Shown in pieces: positions 45,856 to 55,746 of a stretch of DNA of 64,000 bases. Every line of letters starts with the position of its first letter. Within the stretch, counting starts at the first letter, position 1. Position numbers and translations under genes: made by a program. The notes under the pieces are model-generated. The model was not told the origin of the DNA. It searched no databases and worked only from the letters and a program-made list of their open reading frames with translations. This stretch comes from Spirochaetota bacterium (GTDB lineage Bacteria; Spirochaetota; Brevinematia; Brevinematales; Brevinemataceae): contig JAGUQW010000004.1 in NCBI GenBank assembly GCA_030154445.1, forward strand, positions 36,940-100,939, read 5' to 3'.

Positions 45856-47217
45856 CTAATAAGAATTTTCTAAATCTATTTGTTTTTTATGTAAGGCTTT
45901 TAATTCTTTAATTAACATAATAGTAGATAAAATACCAATGATCAAATAAGAACTAGGAAAAGCCCAATATATACCATTTAATCCCCAAAACATATTAAAG
46001 ACAATAAAACCAAACATCACGGTAATAGGATATGATAAAGAGAGCCAAAAAGATTCTTTTGCATGTCCCATTGCTTGTAATGCTTCGGCAATACAGATGA
46101 ATACCCCCCACCCTATATAAGTATAAGATTGAGGTCTTGCTATTTCTCTACAGATTCTTATAATATCAGGATCTGTTGTGAATATAGCAAACACACTTGC
46201 TGGTGAATACCACAAGAAAAGACCAGTTAATAGAGAAATCAACATCCCCAAACCAAAAGTCATCAAAATAATTTTCTGTACTCTTTTGTATAATTTGGCT
46301 CCATAATTTATCCCTATTAGAGGTTGAGATCCTATGCCTAAAGAGATATTAATCATAGACATTAACATAATCAGCCTATTAAAAATACCAAACGCAGACA
46401 GATATTCATCTCCATAAGGTTTTAAAATAACATTCGCTACTGAAAAAACTCCCACAAACAAAATCAATCTCAATCCTGTGGGTGTACCAACTTGTACAAC
46501 CTCTTTAAGTAGTGGCATACTAATATCTGATTTATTATCTAATAAAAGATTTGTGTCGTATAACTTTTTGATTCTTGTAAGAGCAATAACGAACACAACC
46601 CCTTGCCCTACCACTGTTGCTAATGCAGCACCTGCAACACCCCATCCAAAATATATAATAAAAACAGCATCCAAAATAATATTTAAAACAGCACCTATCA
46701 TATTGAGATAAGTAGCACTTAAAGCTTTCCCTTTAGCACGAAATGCACCCAAAAGCATATTATTAATAGGAAGAATAAATCCTGTCCATAAAATAATACT
46801 ACCATAATCACGAGCATAAGGTAAGGAATCCGTAGAAGCCCCAATCAATATTAGAAAACTATCTAAATTCATCAAAATTGAGAAACTAATAATATTAGAA
46901 ACAACGAACAATCCCCAAAAGCTATGAATCAAAGTTTTTTTTGCTCTTTCTGGATTTTGTGATCCTAAAGCTCGAGAAATTATAGAAGCGTTTCCTACTG
47001 AAAATAAGACTCCTATAGAAATATACATTAATTGTATTACATTAATAACAGATAAGGCTGCTAAAGCCTTACTACCAATATATTGACCTACAAATACCGA
47101 ATCCACAGTATTGTAAAAACTATCTACCAATCCTGAAATAACAGCAGGTAATGCTAAAAGAAATAATAATTTTATAATATTTTTATCTTCTTTTATTTTG
47201 TTGATTTGCTCTGGCAT
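45856..47217 (-). CDS. MATE-family efflux transporter (copy 3 of 3)
   Basis: 12-TM protein with VDSVFVGQYIGSKALAALS and FGWGVAGAALAT, paralogous to the two upstream genes. Confidence 0.85.
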   Translation of the reverse strand: MPEQINKIKEDKNIIKLLFLLALPAVISGLVDSFYNTVDSVFVGQYIGSKALAALSVINVIQLMYISIGVLFSVGNASIISRALGSQNPERAKKTLIHSFWGLFVVSNIISFSILMNLDSFLILIGASTDSLPYARDYGSIILWTGFILPINNMLLGAFRAKGKALSATYLNMIGAVLNIILDAVFIIYFGWGVAGAALATVVGQGVVFVIALTRIKKLYDTNLLLDNKSDISMPLLKEVVQVGTPTGLRLILFVGVFSVANVILKPYGDEYLSAFGIFNRLIMLMSMINISLGIGSQPLIGINYGAKLYKRVQKIILMTFGLGMLISLLTGLFLWYSPASVFAIFTTDPDIIRICREIARPQSYTYIGWGVFICIAEALQAMGHAKESFWLSLSYPITVMFGFIVFNMFWGLNGIYWAFPSSYLIIGILSTIMLIKELKALHKKQIDLENSY

Positions 47218-47227
47218 TTTTTATCCT

Positions 47228-48589
47228 TTAATAATTTCTAACACAGTTCATTTTCGTTATATTTTTTTCTATTTTTTGATACACATTTTTTGTTATTATT
47301 ACAGCAAGAATAAAATTCACAATATCAGTAACTGGCATAACAAACCAGATACCTTTTAATCCCAAATATAAAGGTAATATATAATATAATAAAGTGCTAA
47401 AGAGAGGACGAAAAAATGCTAAAAATAATGCTTCTCTCATATAACCAACAGATTGAATGAATCCTGATAAAAGCATATACACTCCAAATAAAAAGAAAAA
47501 TGATCCCGTATAAGCTGAGGCTTCTTTAGATAAATTCATAATATCTTCATTTGTAGTAAACATCTTAAAAAAAGTTATAGGTATATAGATAAATCCCATA
47601 GTCCCGAAAACACCAAGAACGAGCATTACACAAGATCCTGTAAATAATATTTTATACAATCTATCAATACGATTTGCACCATAATTAAAAGAAATAATAG
47701 GCTGTGCACCAAAATTACACCCCTGTATAGGCATAAAAACAAGAGCTACCAATTTATTAATAATTCCATAAGAAGCCAAGGCTACAATCCCATAAGCTTG
47801 TAAAGCTTTGTTCGCTACCAAACTCGCTATCACTATCATACCCAAACGCAAGCCTGAGGGTGCTCCTATACTCATAATTTGTAAAAAAATTACGCTATCA
47901 AAAACAATCACATCGCGAAAATATGCCAATAATTTGAATTCTTTAATAATATAATAAATAGCAAACACTAATGCTACACATTGAGCTATTATTGTAGCTA
48001 TCGCAGCTCCCGCAACACCCCATCCAAAATACACAATAAATATAATATCTAAAATAATATTAAGTATTGCCCCTATAAGAGCTAAAATCATTGTTATTGA
48101 TGCTAGTCCTTTGGCTCTTAATACTCCTGAAAAAACACCATTCAAAGGAATTAAAAAACCAAATAAAATAATAATTCGTGAATAAGTAATTGTATCATCT
48201 AAGATTTGTTCTGTAGCACCCATATATAATAATATTTGATCCAAAAAAGATATCATAACAATAGACAAGGAAAAAGTGCAAATTAATATTATCAATGTTC
48301 CTGTAAAAATAATTTGATTGATTTTTTTGTATTTTTTTGCCCCTAAAGATTGGGAAATCAATGTGCCTGTACCCACACTAATCCAAGCTGCAAAGGCAAT
48401 AAATGCTAATTGTATCGTGTTACTAATCGATAATGCTGCTAAAGCTTCTTTCCCTACAAAACGCCCAACAAATATTGAATCAACAATATTATAAAGCGCT
48501 GAGATCAATCCACTTATCATTGTTGGAATTGATAACTTTAACAATAAAGGTAAGATCTCATCTGTATCCAATACTTCTTTTGTTGACAA
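47228..48589 (-). CDS. MATE-family efflux transporter (copy 2 of 3)
   Basis: VDSIFVGRFVGKEALAALS and FGWGVAGAAIAT. Confidence 0.85.
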   Translation of the reverse strand: MSTKEVLDTDEILPLLLKLSIPTMISGLISALYNIVDSIFVGRFVGKEALAALSISNTIQLAFIAFAAWISVGTGTLISQSLGAKKYKKINQIIFTGTLIILICTFSLSIVMISFLDQILLYMGATEQILDDTITYSRIIILFGFLIPLNGVFSGVLRAKGLASITMILALIGAILNIILDIIFIVYFGWGVAGAAIATIIAQCVALVFAIYYIIKEFKLLAYFRDVIVFDSVIFLQIMSIGAPSGLRLGMIVIASLVANKALQAYGIVALASYGIINKLVALVFMPIQGCNFGAQPIISFNYGANRIDRLYKILFTGSCVMLVLGVFGTMGFIYIPITFFKMFTTNEDIMNLSKEASAYTGSFFFLFGVYMLLSGFIQSVGYMREALFLAFFRPLFSTLLYYILPLYLGLKGIWFVMPVTDIVNFILAVIITKNVYQKIEKNITKMNCVRNY

Positions 48590-48605
48590 CTTATTCCTTC
48601 TTCAT

Positions 48606-50006
48606 TTAATAAATAGCTAATTTTTTTAAATTATCTTCTCTTTTTTTTAACATTTTTAATTCTCTAATAATAATAACAAGCGTAATCATTGTGGAAACAG
48701 TATCTGTTACTGGAAAAGTATACCAAACCCCTTGTATTCCAAAAAAATGTGGTAATATATTTATAAAAAATACCATCAAAACTGGTCTTATTACTGATAA
48801 AAACAATGCCTCTTTTGGATGCCCCATGGCTAATAAAGCTCCTGTAGAAAATATTTGTATTCCATATAAGAAAAAAGTAGATCCTATAGTGCGAGAGGCT
48901 TCCTGTGTGAAAGTAATTATATCTATAGAACTAGTAAATAATAAAAAAAAATTTTCTGGTGCCCATACTAATAATATTGATGGAATAATTCCCATTATTG
49001 TTGCTAAGGTAATACTCGTAACAATAATTTTATTCACTTTAGCAAATTTGTTTGCTCCATAACTGTAGCCTATCAACGCTTGAGTACCTAAATTAGATCC
49101 AAAAATAGGCTGATATGCTAAATGTAAAATTCTATTAATCACACCAAAAGATGCTACTGCTGCTGCACCATAATTAGACAAAATTTTATTAGCAGATAAT
49201 CCCATAAGAGCAAAAGTAAATACTCTTAAAAAATTAGCAACTCCTATACTATAAATTTCAAACACCATAGCTTTGGAAATTCTTTTTATATAGTGAAACT
49301 CAAAGTGAAGATGATATTTTTCTGAAACTTTTGTTATTAACAACAGTAAAATTATTGTTTGTGATAAAATGGTTGCCCAAGCAGCTCCTGATACTCCCCA
49401 TTCAAAAGAAATGATAAATAATGTATCCAAAACTATATTTAACACAGCGCCTAATAATGCTAAATACATAATGACTTTGACTTCACCTTTAGCACGCAAT
49501 GCACTACCCAAAACATTATTAACAGGAATTAAAAAACCAAACCATAAAATAATTTGACTATATTCTCTTGAATATTGTAACACATCTTCGGAAGATCCCA
49601 TAAATATTAAGATGGCATCTAAATTAACAAGCATTATCAACGACAATAAAGCGACAGAGATAAATGCTAAAAAAACACCATTAACAATAGTTTCATTCAC
49701 TTTTTTATAATTTTTTGCACCCAAAGCTCGAGATATTATAGATGAAATACCAACAGCATACAAACTAGCAAGTGCAAGCAAAGTAATCTGTATAGTATTA
49801 TTAATTGCTAAAGCAGCCAATGCTTTTTCACCGATAAATTGTCCTACAAAAACAGAATCTATCATATTATAAAGGGCATCAGAAAAACCTGTAATCATCA
49901 TAGGAAAAGAAATCGCTAAGATAGATGTTGTAATATTATCGCTATCTAAGAGAGCGTTATTAGTTTGGAGAGAAGAGTTTTTTTTCTGATCATTAACTTT
50001 TGACAT
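48606..50006 (-). CDS. MATE-family efflux transporter (copy 1 of 3)
   Basis: IDSVFVGQFIGEKALAALA and FEWGVSGAAWAT. Confidence 0.85.
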   Translation of the reverse strand: MSKVNDQKKNSSLQTNNALLDSDNITTSILAISFPMMITGFSDALYNMIDSVFVGQFIGEKALAALAINNTIQITLLALASLYAVGISSIISRALGAKNYKKVNETIVNGVFLAFISVALLSLIMLVNLDAILIFMGSSEDVLQYSREYSQIILWFGFLIPVNNVLGSALRAKGEVKVIMYLALLGAVLNIVLDTLFIISFEWGVSGAAWATILSQTIILLLLITKVSEKYHLHFEFHYIKRISKAMVFEIYSIGVANFLRVFTFALMGLSANKILSNYGAAAVASFGVINRILHLAYQPIFGSNLGTQALIGYSYGANKFAKVNKIIVTSITLATIMGIIPSILLVWAPENFFLLFTSSIDIITFTQEASRTIGSTFFLYGIQIFSTGALLAMGHPKEALFLSVIRPVLMVFFINILPHFFGIQGVWYTFPVTDTVSTMITLVIIIRELKMLKKREDNLKKLAIY

Positions 50007-50035
50007 AAAACCTCACTATTAATATTACACAATAT

Positions 50036-50075
50036 ATAAAAAAGCAAGAACACATGAGCCTCTTGCTTTTTTTTG
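50036..50075 (-). terminator. Intrinsic terminator between the rpsA-TPR unit and the MATE genes
   Basis: Reverse strand reads AAAAAAAAGCAAGAGGCTCATGTGTTCTTGCTTTTTT. Confidence 0.75.
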
Positions 50076-50108
50076 TTAATATTTCTAAATTTACTAATAT
50101 AAAAAACA

Positions 50109-50894
50109 CTACTCTTGTACAGAAATCTCACTATTAGTTACCTCTGTAGTGTTAGATTTATACTGAGAAAGCAAATAAGCTTTTCCCATTGCAAAAGAAA
50201 GCCATACAGATTCAGGGTATTCTATTTCAATTTTTTTATAATATTCTATTGCTTTATCTGTATTATTCAAAACATCATGACTTCTTGCTATAGAAATAAT
50301 GATATAATCACGTAAATATTTTTTTTTATCTAATTTCAATGCTTTTTCATAATGTTTTAAAGCAGACGAGAAATCTATAGTTTTTTCAGCTTCAATCCCA
50401 TCTATCATTGAAATAATAGCACCCCAAAAATTTGAATGTTTTTTTCTTACAGTATCTAAATAATCATTTGCTTCAAAGGTAGTAATCAGAGTTTGATCAT
50501 CTAACAAAATATTAAGATTAGACAATGTTGTAACAGTTTTTATAAGAATAGCAGATTTTGCCGCTGAAACAGTACTTGTATATTCTGATACCAAAACATC
50601 CAAATCAACTAATACTTCATTATATAATTTTTTCACTGGTAGAATGTTAGCATGACCTGGTAAATATCTTTGATTCGGTTGTGATTGCAGATCATTAACA
50701 ACAGTATAAAGTTTTTGCCAAGCATCATCAAACAATATACTAGCTTCTTTTTCTCGATCTATTTTTAATTGATACATATAACCTGCACTAAATGATACAA
50801 GAACTATAGCTCCCATAACGATGAGTACTATAATTCTATTGTTTATTAGTATTGTTAATAATTTCTCTAATTTTGAACTCATTACTTTCTCCAA
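50109..50894 (-). CDS. Membrane-anchored TPR-repeat protein
   Basis: One TM helix (IIVLIVMGAIVLVSFSAGYMY) and C-terminal TPR-like helices (ALKHYEKALKLD..., AIEYYKKIEIEYPES). Confidence 0.55.
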   Translation of the reverse strand: MEKVMSSKLEKLLTILINNRIIVLIVMGAIVLVSFSAGYMYQLKIDREKEASILFDDAWQKLYTVVNDLQSQPNQRYLPGHANILPVKKLYNEVLVDLDVLVSEYTSTVSAAKSAILIKTVTTLSNLNILLDDQTLITTFEANDYLDTVRKKHSNFWGAIISMIDGIEAEKTIDFSSALKHYEKALKLDKKKYLRDYIIISIARSHDVLNNTDKAIEYYKKIEIEYPESVWLSFAMGKAYLLSQYKSNTTEVTNSEISVQE

Positions 50895-50908
50895 TATTAT
50901 TAATAATA

Positions 50909-52576
50909 TTATTTTTTCTTTAACAGATCAGTAAACATAGCTCCTAATGTTGGAGTTTCCTGAACATGTGAACTCATAATAGTATTTAACGCTTTTTGTT
51001 CTTCAGCTTTAGTAAGCTCTCTAATACTTAATTCGATTTTTTGTTGTTGTGTATTAACTCTACGAACAGCAGCTTGAACAAGATCCCCAACTTTACAAAC
51101 ATCTTTAACATCTTTAACCATTTCTGTTGATAATTGAGAGATATGAATAAAAGCAACCAGGTGATTGCCTAGATCTACTTCAACACCCTCTTTTAAAAGA
51201 GTGATTATTGTTCCTGAAACAATAGAACCAATTTTATGTGTGTCTGCAAAATCTTGTAAAGGATTATTTGATAATTGCTTTATCCCTAAACGAAGCTTTT
51301 CTTTCGACGCTTCAATATTTAAAACAAGAGCAGTAATACTGTCACCTTTTTTAAATTTTTCATTTAAATTAATATCATCTGTAGTCCACTCTATATCTTC
51401 TTTTCTAATTAAACCTTGAATCCCATCGTTGAAAGCTACAAAAATACCAAAATCTGTAATAGATGTAATAATACCTTCATGGGTAGTTTTAAGAGCGTAT
51501 TTTAGATCAGCACTAGACCATGGATTTTCCAGTAAATCTCTTAATGATACAGAAATCCTGTGCCTATCATTATCCATCTCTTTGATTTTGACTTCTACTC
51601 TATCTCCAATATTTAACAAATGTTTAGGATCAGAAACTCTATTAAGCCAGCTCATCTCACTAATAGGAAGAAGAATTTCCACGCCATTATCATCTTCTAG
51701 TATTGTTAAACCTCTAACAAAACGAATAACTTTTGTAGTGATATTATCACCTACTTTTCTAGCATTAAAGAAAATAATCATTGGATTTTCGATTGCATTT
51801 TTACGAGATACTTTGATAGATTTTTTTACTGTATCAATAGTATCAATAATAACATCAAACTGATCTCCAACTTTTAATACATCATTAAGATTTTTAATGT
51901 ATTTCCAATCAAATTGAGTGACATGTAAAAACATAGTAATACCTTCTGCAGATACTAATGCAAAGGCATCAGACACAGAAATTACTTTTACTAAAAGTTT
52001 GTCACCTTCTTTATGATTTACAATGAAAGTATCAAAATTTTCTTTTTGTAATTGATCTCTAATAATTCTTTCTGAAACAACTAATCTATCATTTTCAAAT
52101 TTAATTACAACAACATCAACCATTTGACCAAGCAATGCACTTTCGTCTTTCGGTACTCTTATTTGAGAAAAAGGTAAAAAAGCTTCTACCCCATCAATTG
52201 ATGCAATATAACCTATATTTTTTGATTCTTTATTCGATATTATTTTTATAATTTTTGCTGATACAGAAACTTTATCTTCCATAGATTTTTGTAAATTTTC
52301 TAATGCCCTAGCATAAAGCGCTCTCTTCTGAGATACTTGAGGAATCCCATCTTTCATACCTGTATAAACAAATTCAATTTCATCACCAACAGTAACGGTA
52401 TTAACCATTTCACTACTTGGTAAAATCATCTCTGATTTACCACCTGTAGTTATAAAAAAACCTTTGTCTTCTTGTGATATTACTTTTCCTTTTTGTACTT
52501 CACCTTGTTGATTATGATTTTTTAAACTATCTTCCCCATCCATCGCTTGTAAAAACATATCATCATATGTACCCAT
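50909..52576 (-). CDS. rpsA: 30S ribosomal protein S1 (six S1 domains)
   Basis: Repeated S1/OB modules (G.V..I...G.FV......G.I). I prefer the ATG at 52576 because the 15 nt upstream (ATGGTGGAGTTACAT) supply a GGTGGAG RBS. Confidence 0.9.
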   Translation of the reverse strand: MGTYDDMFLQAMDGEDSLKNHNQQGEVQKGKVISQEDKGFFITTGGKSEMILPSSEMVNTVTVGDEIEFVYTGMKDGIPQVSQKRALYARALENLQKSMEDKVSVSAKIIKIISNKESKNIGYIASIDGVEAFLPFSQIRVPKDESALLGQMVDVVVIKFENDRLVVSERIIRDQLQKENFDTFIVNHKEGDKLLVKVISVSDAFALVSAEGITMFLHVTQFDWKYIKNLNDVLKVGDQFDVIIDTIDTVKKSIKVSRKNAIENPMIIFFNARKVGDNITTKVIRFVRGLTILEDDNGVEILLPISEMSWLNRVSDPKHLLNIGDRVEVKIKEMDNDRHRISVSLRDLLENPWSSADLKYALKTTHEGIITSITDFGIFVAFNDGIQGLIRKEDIEWTTDDINLNEKFKKGDSITALVLNIEASKEKLRLGIKQLSNNPLQDFADTHKIGSIVSGTIITLLKEGVEVDLGNHLVAFIHISQLSTEMVKDVKDVCKVGDLVQAAVRRVNTQQQKIELSIRELTKAEEQKALNTIMSSHVQETPTLGAMFTDLLKKK

Positions 52577-52667
52577 ATGTAACTCCACCATTCTATTTAA
52601 TAATCTAATTATCTAATTATTATCTCTAATTTTCTACAAAATAGCAAGTAAATTCATGAAAAACATC

Positions 52668-53273
52668 TTATTTTAATTGAATATTTTCAATTCCAAAGCT
52701 TAATGTTTGTCGTGTTTTCTCATAGGATACGCCTTTCATTAGGATTGGAACATAATAATTTTGTATTTTTTTCCATTTTATAGTTAAAGTGAAAATTTTT
52801 TTTTCTTGTTCAAAATATTGAATATGATCGATTAATCCCAAATTCCCTTCTGAAAAAATATATTTAATAGGTATATCACCCTTATTGTATGTCAATTGAA
52901 AAGTGTTTGCCTTAACATGCTTAATCAAAAATCTTTTTTGCAATCTTGTATAACTAGTATTAGATAATAAAGGTAATAACATTGTATTAATATAAATAGT
53001 ATAAGAAGCTAAAATATTTTTATAAAAAGATTCTGTATCTTGTATTGTTAAATTAACTCCAGTAACATTATCATAATTCACTTTGACTACATAAGTACCT
53101 TTTATTTTGTCTTTTAATAAGTATGCTGCACTCTTTTTATCCATATCTGCTACAAAAGATTTTACCGCTATCGAACCAGTATGACTCTCTCTTAATTTAT
53201 TAAATAATACTCTATCAGCTTCTAAAGCGTATATTGTATTTGTTACAAGTAATAAAAAAAATAATCTTATCAT
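52668..53273 (-). CDS. Small secreted protein, uncharacterised
   Basis: Signal peptide MIRLFFLLLVTNTIYA-LE. Its start overlaps the stop of the upstream 753-aa gene by 4 nt. No family recognised. Confidence 0.35.
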   Translation of the reverse strand: MIRLFFLLLVTNTIYALEADRVLFNKLRESHTGSIAVKSFVADMDKKSAAYLLKDKIKGTYVVKVNYDNVTGVNLTIQDTESFYKNILASYTIYINTMLLPLLSNTSYTRLQKRFLIKHVKANTFQLTYNKGDIPIKYIFSEGNLGLIDHIQYFEQEKKIFTLTIKWKKIQNYYVPILMKGVSYEKTRQTLSFGIENIQLK

Positions 53274-55531
53274 AATAAAAACACCCTTCTAAAAAATTGA
53301 GCAATACTAGACTCCTGTCCCCACTCTAATACCCTATCTATAAAATCTTCTTTTTGTTCAGTATTTACTTCTTGAGCAAGTGAAGTTGTTGACGCAGTAG
53401 TCGACAAACCTTCTGGTGGCACATTAGTAATTCTCAATCGCATCAAACCATCTGATCCATAAGATGCTAAAACTTCCCTTCGTCGTGCCGTACCTATATG
53501 GTATGCTATTCCTGTTTTGTTATATATTTCTGCTTCTATCGTCAAACTTTGATCTTTATTAAATCGCACTGCGATAACTCCATTAGAACCATCAGCAACC
53601 CAAAGAATATCTTCATAAGGAAAAACAGAAAATGATTCTCCTACCAAAGCCAATCGAGCTACTTGTTCTCCAATTTGTCTATTATTCTTTTTTCTATATA
53701 ATGTTAATCCATCTAATTTGTCTGTAACTGCATAATACTTTTTACCTTTTCTTTCATAAGGAACAACCATTGTCACTTCAGAAAAATCTTTTTTTAATGT
53801 AGATATAATTTTTCCAGTGATTTTATCAACAATAAAAAAACCTTCTACTCCAGCGGCAATATAAAGTGTTTTGGAATCTGCAACCATATTTCTAATAGAA
53901 GGTAAAATAATATTTGTTTGTTTGATAGATACAGATGTAGTGATTTGATATCTTGGAAGTCTTCTTAATAACTCAGCTATAATAGATGGATCTAAATTAT
54001 TAACAATAGAATAATAATCACCTTGTTGCCACAATTCATATAATTCTTTAATATTAATACCTGAATTTTCAAACAGAGGAATTAATTGAATTGAAGACCC
54101 TACTTGTTCAAACAACACAGAAAACAAATGTTGAATTTCTTCTCCACTTAGTGTTAATATTTTGTTTTTTAACTCTTCATTTTCTACAATAAAAAACTTT
54201 CTACCCAACGCATCTACTGTTTTTTGGATTTCAAGCCCAGCATCTCCGATAATAGACCTATTTTTAAAAGGATCAAAATTTGTATCATGAACCAAGCTAG
54301 TATCAATATTACCTGCCAAATTTATATTTGATAATTGAGATTCTTCAAACAATGTTTCTGTTTTTTGAACTAATTCTGGAACTTGAAGACCTGCTAAATT
54401 ATCTGTAATATTATTTTTATTTTTTACTATTTGTTGTAATCCAGAAAGTGATAATATATTTTGAACATCGTTATTTGCCAAAGGAATATTATTAGCATTA
54501 GAAGGATTATTTAAGAATTTTTCTGTTTTTGCTACCATATCTGGAGTAATATTAGATTGTAATGTTTGTAATGCATTTCCATCTAGAGTATTTCCAGACT
54601 TTTCTAAAAATTCGGGCACAACTCCTGACAAAACACTGCTATTTAATAAACTATTAAAAGATTGAGGATTTGAAACTAACTGATTTATAACATCTTTTCC
54701 TACTATTCCTGAAGCAATATCAAGAATATTAGAAACGACAGGTTGATTGGTAATCGATAATATTTGTTGTATTTGATTTTTTTGATCTGTAGTTAAGAAA
54801 GGGATATCTTCAACCATCGAAGAGAAAAGTTTCGGATTATCTAATGCTAATTGAACCAAATTTTCAATATTAGTGATTTGACCAATATTAGTGATATTGC
54901 GTAATCCAGGAGCATCTAATGATAAAAAATTCTGAACAGGCCCTTCAATATCTGATAAAGAAATATAATCTACTAAAGAAGCTATATTTGGAAAATCACT
55001 ATAGCTATTGGATATAAAAGAAATATCATAAGATACAACTCCTACATTCTCACTTGCCGCTAGAATATTAAATACTCCTTTAGGATTGTAGGTAGTAACA
55101 GTATTTTTAATTCTTATTCCCGATTCTACTTTCAAAGAACCTAGTGGTTTGGTCGCTGTAGGAGTCAGATCAGCAACCCCTATTCCCCCTCCAGACAAAG
55201 TATCATACGCAAAAATCAAATTGGTAGCAGTGGCTGTTTGAATAATTTCTACGGTACGAATGTACACTTGTTCTAATGCCTCTGAATAAAGATTTGTTAG
55301 TGAAAGAGACAATACTGGCGACATAACATCATCCACAATTCTATAAACTAATATTCCACCAGATCCAGCAGCAGAATAAATAAGATCTTCAAACTGTACT
55401 AAAGCTCGAACATCTTCAAACGCTGGAGACGGTGATGTAGAAATCGTAACTAGCGGGTATGCTATCGTATTATCATATTGCAACTGTCCACAAGACATAA
55501 AAAAGAACATTGTTGAGTAAAAAAAAATCAA
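53270..55531 (-). CDS. Large exported or lipid-anchored protein, uncharacterised (propeller-like ends, N/Q/L-rich middle)
   Basis: Short hydrophobic N-terminus ending in FMSCGQ (possible lipobox; start TTG 55531 or ATG 55510). LVIVD-like strings appear near both ends (SGGILVYRIVDD, GVEGFFIVDKITGK, GSNGVIAVRF). Confidence 0.35.
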   Translation of the reverse strand: MIFFYSTMFFFMSCGQLQYDNTIAYPLVTISTSPSPAFEDVRALVQFEDLIYSAAGSGGILVYRIVDDVMSPVLSLSLTNLYSEALEQVYIRTVEIIQTATATNLIFAYDTLSGGGIGVADLTPTATKPLGSLKVESGIRIKNTVTTYNPKGVFNILAASENVGVVSYDISFISNSYSDFPNIASLVDYISLSDIEGPVQNFLSLDAPGLRNITNIGQITNIENLVQLALDNPKLFSSMVEDIPFLTTDQKNQIQQILSITNQPVVSNILDIASGIVGKDVINQLVSNPQSFNSLLNSSVLSGVVPEFLEKSGNTLDGNALQTLQSNITPDMVAKTEKFLNNPSNANNIPLANNDVQNILSLSGLQQIVKNKNNITDNLAGLQVPELVQKTETLFEESQLSNINLAGNIDTSLVHDTNFDPFKNRSIIGDAGLEIQKTVDALGRKFFIVENEELKNKILTLSGEEIQHLFSVLFEQVGSSIQLIPLFENSGINIKELYELWQQGDYYSIVNNLDPSIIAELLRRLPRYQITTSVSIKQTNIILPSIRNMVADSKTLYIAAGVEGFFIVDKITGKIISTLKKDFSEVTMVVPYERKGKKYYAVTDKLDGLTLYRKKNNRQIGEQVARLALVGESFSVFPYEDILWVADGSNGVIAVRFNKDQSLTIEAEIYNKTGIAYHIGTARRREVLASYGSDGLMRLRITNVPPEGLSTTASTTSLAQEVNTEQKEDFIDRVLEWGQESSIAQFFRRVFLL

Positions 55532-55682
55532 GTTATAACAATACTTAATAATCTACCTCATTTATACCTAGATAATAATCATAATATAAATAGTATAAAA
55601 AGAAATCACAAAAATATCAATATACAACAAACTAGCAAATGATGTTCTCTATTTCAAATTTGTTTTTATAAATATTTGATTT

Positions 55683-55722
55683 AAAACAAAAATACCCTTC
55701 TTAGTTTAAAAGAAGAGTATTT
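55683..55722 (-). terminator. Intrinsic terminator after the aminotransferase gene
   Basis: Reverse strand reads AATACTCTTCTT-TTAAACT-AAGAAGGGTATTTTTGTTTT. Confidence 0.75.
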
Positions 55723-55746
55723 TTGTGAAATGACAATTATTATTAT

